A DNA stretch of 61,930 nucleotides, filler included, from Hausera hauseri (lineage: Eukaryota): the NCBI GenBank assembly GCA_046269625.1. It is 12 parts of 12 records of this genome, joined end to end, with 100 filler letters (N's around TTAATTAATTAA, not from the genome) between each part and the next. Parts side by side here need not be neighbours in the genome. Positions count along the whole stretch, not along the records: positions 32,946 to 38,054 come from JBJURY010332936.1; positions 38,155 to 42,843 come from JBJURY010474577.1; positions 42,944 to 47,829 come from JBJURY010403034.1; 9 more parts are not named here. One strand, given 5' to 3'. Below the pieces are notes generated by a model. The model was not told the DNA's origin and searched no databases. It saw only the letters and a list, made by a program, of their open reading frames with translations. The first letter of the stretch is position 1. Every line of letters starts with the position of its first letter. Below, in pieces: positions 33,990 to 46,600 of this stretch. Position numbers and translations under genes: made by a program.

Positions 33990-36900
33990 ACGAACATATC
34001 TGTCTTTATACACGGTGGAAAAATTTCCTCATTGATCCGTTAACGCCTCCCAGTACAACCAAAATGCTTTTCATAACAGACATTATCGACTTATTTATAA
34101 ATATTACAGGTACTACATCACCCCCATGGCAAAATTATGACAATAAAGAAAAAAATAAGCGTAGAATATCGTAAGAAAAGGAAGAAATTGTACCTATTCG
34201 GCTTTGGTATGTCATACGCTGTAGATCGCCTATGAATTTCTCTCTACTGTAAGTACTAAATGTCACTTGGCGTGACCTACTAGATGTTGCTGGTGCTTTC
34301 GGAGTTGTTTGAGGAAGAGATGTTGTAGAATTTGTAGCATTTTGGGTAGATGTTTTGTGAAAAGGTGAAAGTAAAGTAGAAGCTGAAAAGGGAAGGGGAT
34401 TAGGCGACTAGAGATGGAAGGCGAGACTAGAGATGAAAGTGAATCACGCGATGAAGGTGACGTGAGTAGTGGATGTACAGGCGATGACGGCAAAGTAGGT
34501 AATGAAAGAGCAGTAAACGATGAATGAAGTGAAAAGAATTGATTGTGACACGAGAGTGATTGCTGCGACGGAGCAAAATCATCGAGGAAATTAGATGATG
34601 GCTTGACAGGAATGAAGATAGAGTTGATTTTTAAAACAAAGTTGTTATCCTGGTTATCGTCAACGAAGAATGCTGGCTTAAGATTGGAAATATGTACAAA
34701 TATGTATATTTCCTTACGTAAAATGGTAGCGGTGTGTGAAGAAAGGTTGAGCAGTCTATAAGTGCCAACGTACTGAGGCCGAAAATCAGAAGGCGACTGA
34801 TCTTTCAGCCATACAAATATGACTGAGTATAAATCCACTGAAATATACGATGTCTTTATTTATAAGGCGACAATAGGCGTTTGTGCTAACATCAACAGTG
34901 TGACTGTGCCGCACAAACAGCTTCATCTGACGGACTTTTGTCGAGGCCGGAAAGCTCAAATAGGACACGAATTGGTGTCCCATAGAGAGTCTCGGCTGGA
35001 GCATAACCTGTGGTGGTGGAAGGCGTGTTACGCCAACCGAGTAAGACAAAAGGAAGAATTGAGGTTTAATTGTGATGATTGCTTGAGAAGATTTTAAGGA
35101 GATTTTCATGGTATCGTAAAATCTTTCAAAAAGGCCATTTGCTTGGGGATAGTACGGTGTTGTGTGGAAATGGATTATCCCCGCGTGCTTTGTCAGGGAT
35201 TTAAAAAGATCAGCTTCTAATTGCTGACCTTAGTCCATTATAATGTGACGCGGTGAACCAAAGAGGCTGATCCATATTTTAATAAAGTAATCTGCTACGG
35301 AATCAGTATTGGTTGATCGAAGAGGAAAAGCCTCAGGCCAGCAAGAGGTACGGTCCATTATAGATAAGATGTACTGATAACCGTTGTGTGATGGTAAAGG
35401 ACCGACAAGATCCAAGTAAACGATGTCGAAGCGAGATGTACAAGGGAAGTGGTAAAGTGGTGGTTTGAGGTGTCTGTGGACATTATATTGCTGACATGCT
35501 ACGCATTCCTTGACCCAAACTTGTACATCTGTACACATAGTTGGTCATACAATGTGGCGCTGAAGTAAGCAAAACGTGGCCTTTGAACTCGGATTATAAA
35601 GAGAGTGAAAGTTACTGAAAGCTGTCTTTTGTAACGATGGCGCAAGAATGATTTTTTATTATTCAAGTTGGAAGTGTCGTAGACGATGCCATCGATGATC
35701 TCAACATATTTAAAAGCCTGGAGGATATCAAATGATGGGTGGTTGCTTTTCAGGATTTCAGAGGAGAAAATTGGCTGAATGGTAATTGAACTGACCGACC
35801 GCGACAGAAAATTTGCTACCAAATTTTCGGTGCGTGAAATATATTTTATAGAAAAACTAAATGTCGATAGGTTTGATATCTGTAGTTCTTGCCTGGGTGA
35901 TGGATGTTTTAACGCCATGATATGCATCAGCGGCTTATGGTCGGATTGAATGACAAATTGACGAGATAGAAGCAAATGTTTGAAATGCTTTACCTCCAGA
36001 ACTATGGCTAGTAGCTCACGGTCTAACGTTGAGTATCGACTTTCTGGTTGTGTAAGCTTTCGGGAATAGAATTCTAACGGCTCATCGACACCATTATATA
36101 TTTGGTGTAATATCGCATCAGTGGCTGTGGTGGAGGCATCGGTAATTAGTATGAGTTCCGCGTTGGGTTTTGGAAATGCCAATATTTAAACGGCTTTTAG
36201 ACCTTCATGAAGGTGATAAAATTGGTTTATTAGATCAGGAATCCAGCGGATTAGTTGTCTTTTCTTACCGGATGAGAAATATGCGAAAGGTGCCGTTAGT
36301 TCGGAGCAGTGTGGCACATATTGGTGTACGAAATGTAATGTCCCTAGAAAACTCCTTATGTCGGTGGTAATTGTTGGTAATGTGACATTTTTTAACTGTT
36401 GTAAGCTATCAGGCTGGGCGAATGACCATCGGGAGTAATTATGTGACCTAAGAAGTTGACGCGTTTCTGGAAGAAATTATATTTGGAGAAATTAATTTTC
36501 AGGTTGCTTTGATGCAATCTGTGGAAAATAATTCGGAAATGCTCATGATGTTGTTTGATGGAGTGGAAGCGACTAATATGTCGTCTATGTATGGATGCGC
36601 AAACTCAAGACCTGAGAGAACGGTATTAATGTGGCGTTGAAAGGTCTGAGATGCGCTACGTAGGCCGAAAGGCATAAAGGTGTATTTATAAAGGCCAAAT
36701 GGTGTCATGACAACAGTTTTTGAAATGGTAAAATATTTATTGGCGTTAATGAGGCTATGAAGGATGTCCTTAATGAGGGATAGTGGATAAGCATCTATGA
36801 TAGCCAGGTTGTTTACTTGACGATAATCGCCACATGGCCTATAGGTACCATCTTTCTTTGCTACTACATGAAGAGTAGAAGCCCAAGTAGAATTTGATCT

Positions 36901-37040
36901 CCGAATGATACTAAAATTTTCAAGTTCATTGAATTCCTGCTCCACAGCTTTATGTCTGAGTGGAGACAAAGGTATGATATTTTGTTTGATAGGCCTCTGA
37001 TGTTCTGCTACTATGTGATGATAAATTGAGGATGGATGTT
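33990..37040 (-). mobile_element. Ty3/Gypsy element 3 (RT-RH-IN, tail, PPT, LTR start), same family as element 2; gag and PR absent
   Basis: Collinear with 23400-26390; YIDD, ITDAS, YLDLVGPLP; PPT GGGGGTGA then TGTAG at about 34117. Confidence 0.9.
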
Positions 37041-37679
37041 GTTCTCTGTCATTTTGTTTTCTTTGAACAATGGAATGTCATTTGAATAGGCAATTTCTGT
37101 TGTCATACTCTCTAAACTATTCTGGAAGTAATGTTTCACCGATAAATTCTTATTTAAACTTTCATTCAACGAAACATTATCCAACGGATTACGGACGTGA
37201 TGGGATTGGATTTGAGATAAATTGAAATGGGGCAAATTGTTTTCGCATGACTGTTAGAAAACGCTGCACAGTTGGATAATATTACGTCATTATCGGCAAA
37301 GAATATTGGGAAATTATTCTCGGATATTATGCCCAACGAACCGGAATCCGATAGAACCGTTGGTGTGTTAAGTATCTCCGAATTATCAATCGAGAACCTG
37401 GGAATTTCTGGCCTGGGAATTTTGGGAGTACGACCGGAATGTATCGAACCGAATGATAATAACTCGTCGACGGTTAATTCCTTGAATGATTTTTGTATAT
37501 CCATTTAATTACAGAAATATTAACAATTAACAAAAATAACTACATAATCATACTCTCCTACATTGAAAAAGTCGATAATTTTCAAAATACCACATTATCT
37601 ATTGAATATTAAAACACTTATTTAAAATACAAAATGTTTTATATACAAGTTACCGATTGGGTAAATGTGGGCAACACAC

Positions 37680-38054
37680 TGAGACTCACTGCAAGCGAAC
37701 CATTCGAGAATAGCTACATTGACATTTGCGGACCTTTAAAAGAAACGTGGAGGAAAATATATATTGGCCATCATAGACCAGTTTAGTAGATATATTTCAC
37801 TATCGGCAATAGCAAAACAGGACGAAGTAACAATAAAAAGACACGGTGCTAAAGACTTGGATTCGCAAATTCGGCGCACCGAAAGAGATACACACAGATT
37901 GCGGAGAAGTATTTGAATCTAAGGTATTTAGAGACATGACGGCATCAATTGGCATCAAGATGTGCTACTCGAGCCCGTATCATCACAACACCAATGGAAT
38001 AGTAGAAAGGGAATTCCGGACAATAAGAGAATATATAGGTGCGACTCTCCACGA
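37680..38054 (+). pseudogene. Unrelated Gypsy integrase core fragment
   Basis: IDICGP, IIDQFSRY, FGAPKEIHTDCG.VFES, SSPYHHNTNGIVER.FRTI. Confidence 0.85.
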
Positions 38055-38154
38055 NNNNNNNNNNNNNNNNNNNNNNNNNNNNNNNNNNNNNNNNNNNNTT
38101 AATTAATTAANNNNNNNNNNNNNNNNNNNNNNNNNNNNNNNNNNNNNNNNNNNN

Positions 38155-38560
38155 GCACTATTATTTCCGAGCGCGGTGGGATAATAGCATCATCTATCAG
38201 TGAGACGGCCTCTTCGTATTTCTTCTCATTAAAATATCTAAGTTGACCTGTCTTAACGTCAATGTACACATCGTCTAATTGATGTAATACGTCGCATCCT
38301 AATAATATTTCGTTGGTTAGGTTCTCGGCTACTCTTATAGTATGCTTTATCACTTGACCACCAATTTTAATCTCGGCCTTTAAAACCATCTTTATCTCTT
38401 CTTCCATTCCAAACGCTCCGACATTAATTAAGGTTTCTTCGAGCCTTTGTAGCATACTTTTTAATTCTTTGGGTATTTGACTCCTTCTCATGATTGTAGT
38501 TGTTGAGCCAGTGTCTATTAAGTCAATTAATGGATGCCCATTTACTTCTTTTTCTATCTC
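38155..38560 (-). CDS. Retropepsin aspartic protease (partial polyprotein)
   Basis: VNGHPLIDLIDTGSTTTIM ... IRVAENLTNEILLGCDVL. Confidence 0.88.
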
Positions 38561-38968
38561 TGGTCTCGTATATGATTGAATTTCACTTTTAGAACTCACC
38601 TTACATGTAGTTTCATGTTCCTTTTGTATAAGATTTTTATCATAATCTTGTTTTATTCTTAGGATTTGATACGTTGGATACATTACCCCATGTCTTACAT
38701 ACTGGGGGGCTGAGGGGTTTATTGGCAGGTGGTCATTATAAACTTGCCTGTGGTACTCATCTGCGAGATTCAACTGAGGTAAGTCGGTAACTAGCTTCCT
38801 TCGATACTTTTGATTGTGATACTTCAATGATAATCTTTTTAATACTTGGATATATCTATTACTTCTGAGTCTCGTGTCTACATTGTCCTCGTCGCCTCCT
38901 CCATTCAAAGTTCTGTAGGGCGTATAATCGTCAGCTTTACCACTTCCTTCGTTAGTTATTTTCTTTTT

Positions 38969-40827
38969 TTACTTCGCGTCATGATTTGCTAGAAAACAAC
39001 TAGCTACGGCCGGTATTACGGCTATAAGGATTTTCCACGAACAACCCACTGCTGCATGTATTCCATATGCCTTACCTAGTGCTGTAAATATTGTTCGTAA
39101 GGCACTAATACTAAAATATATTGCCAAGAATCCCGATGCTGCCTGTCCGAAGTATAAAAATTTGCCCCACATTTTTTCCATCACATTTCTTGTAACCTTC
39201 TTCAAATAATCTTTTCCCATTAGATTTTCCCAATGTGGAGAACCTTCCCCGTCCCACATTACCTTTCTGGTTAGTTCTGTTATTATTCGTTGTCTCTGTT
39301 GAGGAAATAATAACATTCTTCGATAATCTTCTAAATTCTGTTGCGTATAAATGCCTCCTTGTAAAATGCCAGTTAGCGGTTCGAATTTTTGGTTCCTTTG
39401 TAAGTTGATCAAGCTTAAAGTTTCCGGTTTTGCTACTTCTTCTCGTTTTGGCATTCTAAACCACTTATCATTTATCTTGAACATAGGTGACATATTAAAC
39501 GTACAATTGTCGAGTTGCGTCGGTCTTGCTTTGGCGTCTAGTAATATACGGGTTACTGGTATTACGTATCGAGGTTCCATATTGTAAATCACTGGTAACT
39601 CTGAGGTACATTCTTCCGATTCTCTAATCGCTACCTCTACCTTTTTGCATTCAATCGTTATTAACACTTCCCCCATTACTTTTCCAATTACTCCGTCTCC
39701 AAAAGGCATAACCGGGGCCACCATGTCTGGGTTTGTTATCACCAATGCCATTTTATTTCGTATTATTTCGAAATTCAATTTACATTCGTTTAATATTATT
39801 TCTCTATATAAATTTCTTATTTCTTGTCGGACATAGTTAATCAAATAGTCTATTTTATTATCAAAATATTGTGTTACTTTGATAACTTTCTTATCTATTT
39901 TTGTTTTTGCTTCTGCTACCTCTCTCGATGAGAGATATAGTCCTTTATAATTAGTCATAAACATTTCTTCATTGCATTTATTAATTGTCCCTTTGATCTT
40001 AAATCGCATCATCTCTTCAGGGTTCTGTGAATATACTATTGTTTCTACTTCTGTCATTTTTACTTCTTTGACCCCTTCTCTATAAGTGGCTGTTTCTTTT
40101 TCAGCCTTTTTCCCCACTGTCTTATTAAACTTACCTTCTTTTAACAGTGTCGGATGACATCGGCTCGAAGATATTTCTTAAGTCATTTTAGATTCTCCTG
40201 TATCGCACTCTCCACTTTCGTATTCGCATTCATTCATTATTGTCATGAGTCTCGTTTGGGAATCGAACAATCCTTCGTATTCTTTTAACTGTACCTGATA
40301 ATCTTTGATTGCTACCGTCCTTGGAGCTATTGTTCCCACGACATCGTAATCTACTCCCTTACACGTACCTTCCATGGTTTTGTCTATTCTCCCCGCTCGA
40401 AAAATCCTAGTATACTTTATCTTTCCTCTTACGGCTGGTATCTGAGCATTCTGTACTGTTATGACCCCGATTTTAAAAGCATCTTGACATTCAGCCCGCG
40501 ATATTATTATTGGCTCAAAAGTGGTCGTGGGTTCAATAATTGCTGAATTTCCTGAGTAATATGCGCAATTAAATAAAAAAACGACTTCTTTACATAACAT
40601 TCTCGTATCTTAAATTATCTCGTATCCGACTCCTGGTATACACAATACCGATGACCGCTGGTTGTTGTTAATTGTTCTGGGTCCGCTTCAGGGCATTTTT
40701 CTAAATCTATTAGTGAATACTTTTGTCCTTCTTTTGGCTTTGAGCAATCATAAGCCACCATTCCCATGGCTTTAGGCATGCATAGTGATGCTATAAGTAA
40801 TATCTGTAATATTTCCATAAACGACAT
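38969..40827 (-). pseudogene. Chuvirus-like (gB-related, class III-type) envelope glycoprotein with signal-like N-terminus and C-terminal TM; two stops and one frameshift
   Basis: Hydrophobic ILQILLIASLC, then MVAYDCS...YSLIDLEKC; GEVLITIECKKVEV.IR...ECTSELPV; PVTRIL; C...SPMFKIND.W; GGIYTQ..L..YR..LLFP; WGKFLYFG...G.LAIY TM. This is the motif series I recall for Chuviridae G and its endogenous copies. Confidence 0.8.
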
Positions 40828-43689
40828 GCCTCCGAGACCATGCTTATTAATACCAGGTTGGGTTGCAGTTGGTCTCTCTGGTATTTCTCTTTCCGATCTC
40901 AACCTGCCATTCATTAAACTAGGTATCCATCTTTCCCTGCATTGTACCCAGTTTTCTAAAGTATCACGTAGAATTTTAACAGTGGTTTTTATATTTCGTT
41001 CAATTTCCTCCAGATTCTGTGTCTGATAATTTGTTACTATTACTTTATATATCAGATAAGCTATCGCCGTAACAACTTTTTCTCTAGTGATCCCTGTAGC
41101 AAACATCTTCTCTAATATATCCTGTTCATGTAGTTCGTTAATTCGTTCCTCATTAATGTTTTCGTAAAATTGTCTGCTAATTCTCAGCATGCTATTCCGT
41201 AGCATCTGAAATAACTCATTGGGAATAGTTATCTGCATATCAAATAATCCGAATGACGTATGAAGTTTGGCTAATAATGTTCTTAACAATGGATCTATAT
41301 CTACAGATTCTGGTGTCGTATCTGTTCCTGCCAATAATAGTCGTCGTACAATTTCCTCGTTTCTATCCTTTTTATTTCTAATGTCACTTATCTTTGTCCC
41401 TTTTGGTCTTCCTTTTCTTCGAGCTTCTGTCTGTACCGTAACATCTTGATTATCAGTGAAAAATGGTCCTTCCTTTTCCTGAGGCTCTACCTCTCTTATT
41501 ATTTCAGCTATCGTTTCTTCTGCTCTTACATCGGGGTGTATTGCGGTTATAGTGATCGGATTATAATTTCCGCTTCGACACCCAATTCTTAATAACTGGT
41601 CATAACCGTATAATGTTCTGCCGAAGAAATTCAACCCATAGACATTTTCTTTATAAAATGGCTCCAGTTCCTCCATCTTTTCTCGTAACGTTAGCACATC
41701 GTCCGTCTCATTCATTCTAATAACTCTTATGTCCTGATTTCCTTCCTTTAGTGTTATTCTTACCGCCTCATTTCGCTCCCTTTCACCTTCTGCTGTTTTA
41801 GCTAATATTGTCCTTGCTATCTCTCGTACTGGACTACTGTCATGAGCTAACAGTAATAATTGGAATAGGATCTCATTTACTTTAGCTATTGCTACTTTAT
41901 TATCTATTAGTTTTAATATTGTAGTGGTGGCCTGATTGACATCCCTTATATTTTCGGGGTCGATGGCCACTACTGCCTGTATGATATCGTCTTCAGCATC
42001 CAAATCTACTTCTATGTCGTGTATCACCTGTTCTATGACGGTTTCGTCAAATGTTTTTGCAGGTGCTTTTTCTTCTTCTGATGTTAACTCCTCAGGGTTA
42101 TTTTTCTTCCGTCCCTTTTTCTTTTCCGTATCACTTCTTTCAGTAGAGGCTTCTCTTGATTCCGCTTCTATAATTTTCTTATTGCCTTTCTTTTTCCTGG
42201 GCTTTCCGCCCTTTTGTTTTTCTTCCAATACATAAATACCATTTTCTCTTAATCTTTTTTGTTGGGTCTTATAATCTTTCAACTCCATTGCTAGCTGAGT
42301 CCTCATTCGTTGCGTTAATACACTATTAACGTAATTTACATTTTCTTTCTTTTTATCTTTATACTCTTCGTGTTCGTCATCCTCCCTTTCATCTTTATAG
42401 GAAGACTCATCCGATGTTGCTGAGGTGTAATCTTGCTTATTTTCCTTCTTTTTGTCCTTCGATCTGGTTTCTCGCTTGCGTGACCTACAAACCTTGGCTA
42501 TATGGCCATACTTGTTACAATTGAAACATTTTAACCTGCCCTCTGAATCTATACTTGGCAACAAACGGCCATCTTTAGTGGGATACTTCTTTGACTTTTC
42601 CCCATGGTTCTTTAGTTTGAATCTTACTTTTTTTCCACATCTGACTCAGCCTCTGTAGCTGACGTTTGTGAGGGGCTTCGGTTAATATCGTATCTCTGGT
42701 ATTGTTGTGTACTATTATTTCTTCGTTTATAATTGTTTGTGCTATCTTTTGACTTGGTCCATTTACATAACTCGGCATCCCGTTCGGCTTTTCTGGCCTT
42801 CCTGATTGCTTCTTGAAACGTGGAAGGGTCGGCTTGTAATATGNNNNNNNNNNNNNNNNNNNNNNNNNNNNNNNNNNNNNNNNNNNNTTAATTAATTAAN
42901 NNNNNNNNNNNNNNNNNNNNNNNNNNNNNNNNNNNNNNNNNNNAATCCCGTATGTTATTTCGTCATTGACTGACAAGACTTTGTCTTCTAAGCAGAGTGC
43001 GTTTTTATCGTAACATCGACCAAATTCCAAAACTGAAACTTATGGAGAAATCCAAATGGGGGATATTTAACCCAAATTCGATTATAAATTTATCTGAAGA
43101 AATTAAGAAAAAGAAAAGTGTCATTAAACGTCTATGTAATCAGAAATTGAAAGCAAAATGTGAAATAAAACCCATATTGAAAATCGCTGTGAATCTAAGG
43201 AATCGGATCATCAAAGTACCAACATCACCCCATACCTCGCTATATTATGCTCTATATGTAAATGTTATTTTCACGCACAAACAGAATGTTAAAAATGAAA
43301 TTATTGTTGCAACTGTCAATCTACTACAGATGATCGAAGAAGTTGAAGAATTTCTTGAGTGGACCCACAGAATTGTGAATACAACTAGAAGTGTTATATG
43401 TTCAGAATCGGAAAATTTTAGTGAGAGGTCAGTGAAGATTATATTTGAAAAATTATTAGTCACTGTTAATCAAATTATTCAGGAAAATAACAAAACTGTC
43501 CGTGAGCTTTTAGAAAGCGATGTTGCAGAAAAGTTGTGTTTTCTGGAAGAATTGCGTAAAGAACGTCTATCAAATTTACGGCAACAAAATGAAATTGATG
43601 GTCTCAAACGTCTCCAGCCAAATGACATGCAACATACGAAATGTTTATATTGTGGAAAACCGAATGCTATTGCGCAATTTCCATCAGAA

Positions 43690-46600
43690 CAAACATTTCA
43701 GTCAAATCCAATAAATGATTCTAGTGAAAAAAGTAAATTCTTTGTTACATTTCCATATCCATATATGAATGGTATTTTACATTTGGGTCACGGATTTTCA
43801 TTATCAAAATGTGAGTTTGCAATGGGATATGAAAAGCTAAAAGGAAAAAATACACTATGGGGATTTGGCTTACACTGTACTGGAATGCCTATTAAAGCCA
43901 GTGCAGATAAATTGACCAGAGAAATGAAGGAATTTGGTTTCCCTCCAGTTTTTCCAGTAGAACAAGGAAAACAGGAGATTATGGGTAGAAAAAAAAGTCG
44001 TTGCCAAATCCGGTGGATTTAAGTATCAATGGGAGATTATGCGTAGTAACGGTATGACGGACGATGAAATTGTCAAATTTATCGATCCATTGCATTGGCT
44101 CCAATATTATCCTCCACTTTGTATTGAACATTTACATAGGATGGGATTGAAGGTTGATTGGCGCAGATCATTTATTACAACAGATGCAAATCCCTTCTAC
44201 GATTCATTCGTACGTTGGCAATTTTTGCGATTGAAGAAAGATAACAAGATTATGTTTGGGAAAAGAGAAACAATATTTTCACCATTGGACAACCAGCCGT
44301 GTATAGATCACGATAGACAGACGGGCGAAGGAGTCGGACCCGTTGAATACACTCTGATCAAAATGCGATTACTAGAGCCATATCCACTTGTATTGAATGA
44401 TATCAAGGAGCCAGTTTATTTGGTTGCAGCAACTCTCCGACCAGAAACAATGTATGGCCAGACAAATTGTTGGGTAAATCCCGACATTGAGTATTCACTA
44501 GTCCGATCTGAAATCCATGGACTTTTAGTTACCGTTCAACGCGCAGCGCGAAATATGGCATATCAAAATATTATTTCCGAATCCCATAATTCTTATAGTG
44601 TTCTACGAAATTTCGAAGGCAATCAACTAATTGGTGCAGCTGTCAATTCTCCACTTTGTCAATATGAAAAAATTTATGTTTTGCCAATGATGACGATAAA
44701 GAAAACCAAAGGAACCGGTGTTGTTACTAGTGTACCCAGTGATTCTCCGGATGATTATGCTGCATTGTTGGATGTTAAGAACAAAAAGGCCTTACGACAG
44801 AAATATAACATTACCGATGAAATGTTAATGTCATTTGATCCGGTTCCCGTTCTACGAGTACCCGGTTTAGACAAGTATGACGATCAGTGTGCTAGATGGT
44901 TCGTGGAGCAGGCCAAATTCCAAAGCCAAAACGATTCGGAAAAACTCGCGAAAGCCAAAGAAGATTGCTATAAATTGGGATTTTACAAAGGTCGCATGAT
45001 TGTCGGCAAATACAGCGGGAAAATGGTCCAGTATGCCAAAGAGAAAATCCAAGCGGATTTAATTATTTCCAATGATGCTATTAGGTATTTCGAACCGGAA
45101 AGTCAAGTTATATCGAGGAGTGGAGACGAATGTGTCGTTGCCCGATGTGATCAATGGTATCTCAATTATCAGGACGCCGAATGGAAGGCACAGGCTCGAC
45201 AATGTTTGGCGCAGTTGAATACATTTTCCGATGAAGTTCGTAAGAATTTTGAGGTCAATTTGGAAAACCTCCATGAGTATGCTTGCTCGAGATCGTACGG
45301 ATTGGGAACAAAGATTCCCTGGGATGAACAGTATCTCGTCGAATCGCTGTCCGACTCTACAATATACATGGCCTATTATACAGTTGCCCATATGTTCCAG
45401 GGGGCTTCATTGGATGGACGAGCTCCATCGAATGATATTGGAATACGACCATCAGAAATGACAACTGATTGTTGGGAATACGTACTGGGCAATGCGTCAA
45501 CAGTCAGTGAATCAATGAAAGAAAAACTGGATACACTGCGCAAGGAATTTCTCTATTGGTATCCAGTCGATTTACGAGTCAGTAGAAAAGACCTCATACC
45601 AAATCATCTCACGTATTATCTATACAATCATTGCGCAATCTGGCCGAATAGTCCTCAACAACATTGGCCGAAGAACGTCCGTGCCAACGGCCATTTATTT
45701 CTGAATAACGAAAAAATGTCGAAATCAACGGGAAATTTCCTGACAATCATCGATGCCATTGGGAAATATTCCGCCGATGGAATGCGATTAGCATTGGCCG
45801 ATAGCGGTGATGGAATTGAGGATGCGAATTTCGTGGAGAAAATTGCCGATTCCGGATTGTTGAAGTTGTATAACATGATCGATTGGATGAAAATTCAATT
45901 GGCAGACATGGATAGAATGAGAAAGGGTCCGTTGACGTTGCATTGTGCTGTCGTATTTGATAATGAAATGAATCGACTGATTAGAGAGGCTGACAAGAAT
46001 TATGCTGACATGCATTATAAGAGTGCGGTAAAGAATGCATTCCATGAATACCAGAATTGTAAAGACCATTATTTGAACGTATCCGATGGGAATGTTCATT
46101 GGGATTTGATAATGCGCTTTATCACGACTCAGTGTCTAATTCTGTCACCAATATGTCCCCACATTTGTGACTATCTACGGCGTGAAGTGTTGGGCAATAG
46201 CAGTTCCATAATGTCGGAGAAATGGCCCACATCAAACCCAGTAATAGATGCCATTGTTACAGAAGCCAATTTCATTCGTGACTGTGCATCAGAATTCAAA
46301 AAATACGTCATAGTTCGTAAGGAAAAGAAGCAGAAGTTCAACAGTGCCATTATTTGGATCGCTAATGGATACCCGGCATGGCAATTGGCAGTCATTGAAA
46401 CGATAATTACCATGGCAACGGATATAGGATGTCTGCCGGATAACAAGGAACTTAGTAAACGATTGAAGGAAATTCCAGCGGTAAATGATAAGTTTAAAAA
46501 GGCGATGGATTTTGCTGAAATGTTGAGGAAGAAGAGAGAAGGAAACATTGACAGCTTGAGAAAAATGCGCGAGCCGCAAGTTAACGAAATGGAATTGATC

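Larger units (their letters stand above)
38155..42843 (-). mobile_element. LTR-retroelement polyprotein segment: Gag C-terminus, CCHC knuckle, Ubl, chuvirus-like glycoprotein, aspartic protease; decayed
   Basis: ADPSTFQEAIRKA capsid end; CFNCNKYGHIAKVC; glycoprotein motifs; LIDTGS...ILLGCD protease. Confidence 0.85.

Noticed and set aside
43985-44000. Programmed ribosomal frameshift in LeuRS
   Set aside because: A homopolymer error or small deletion is simpler, and no stimulatory structure is evident.
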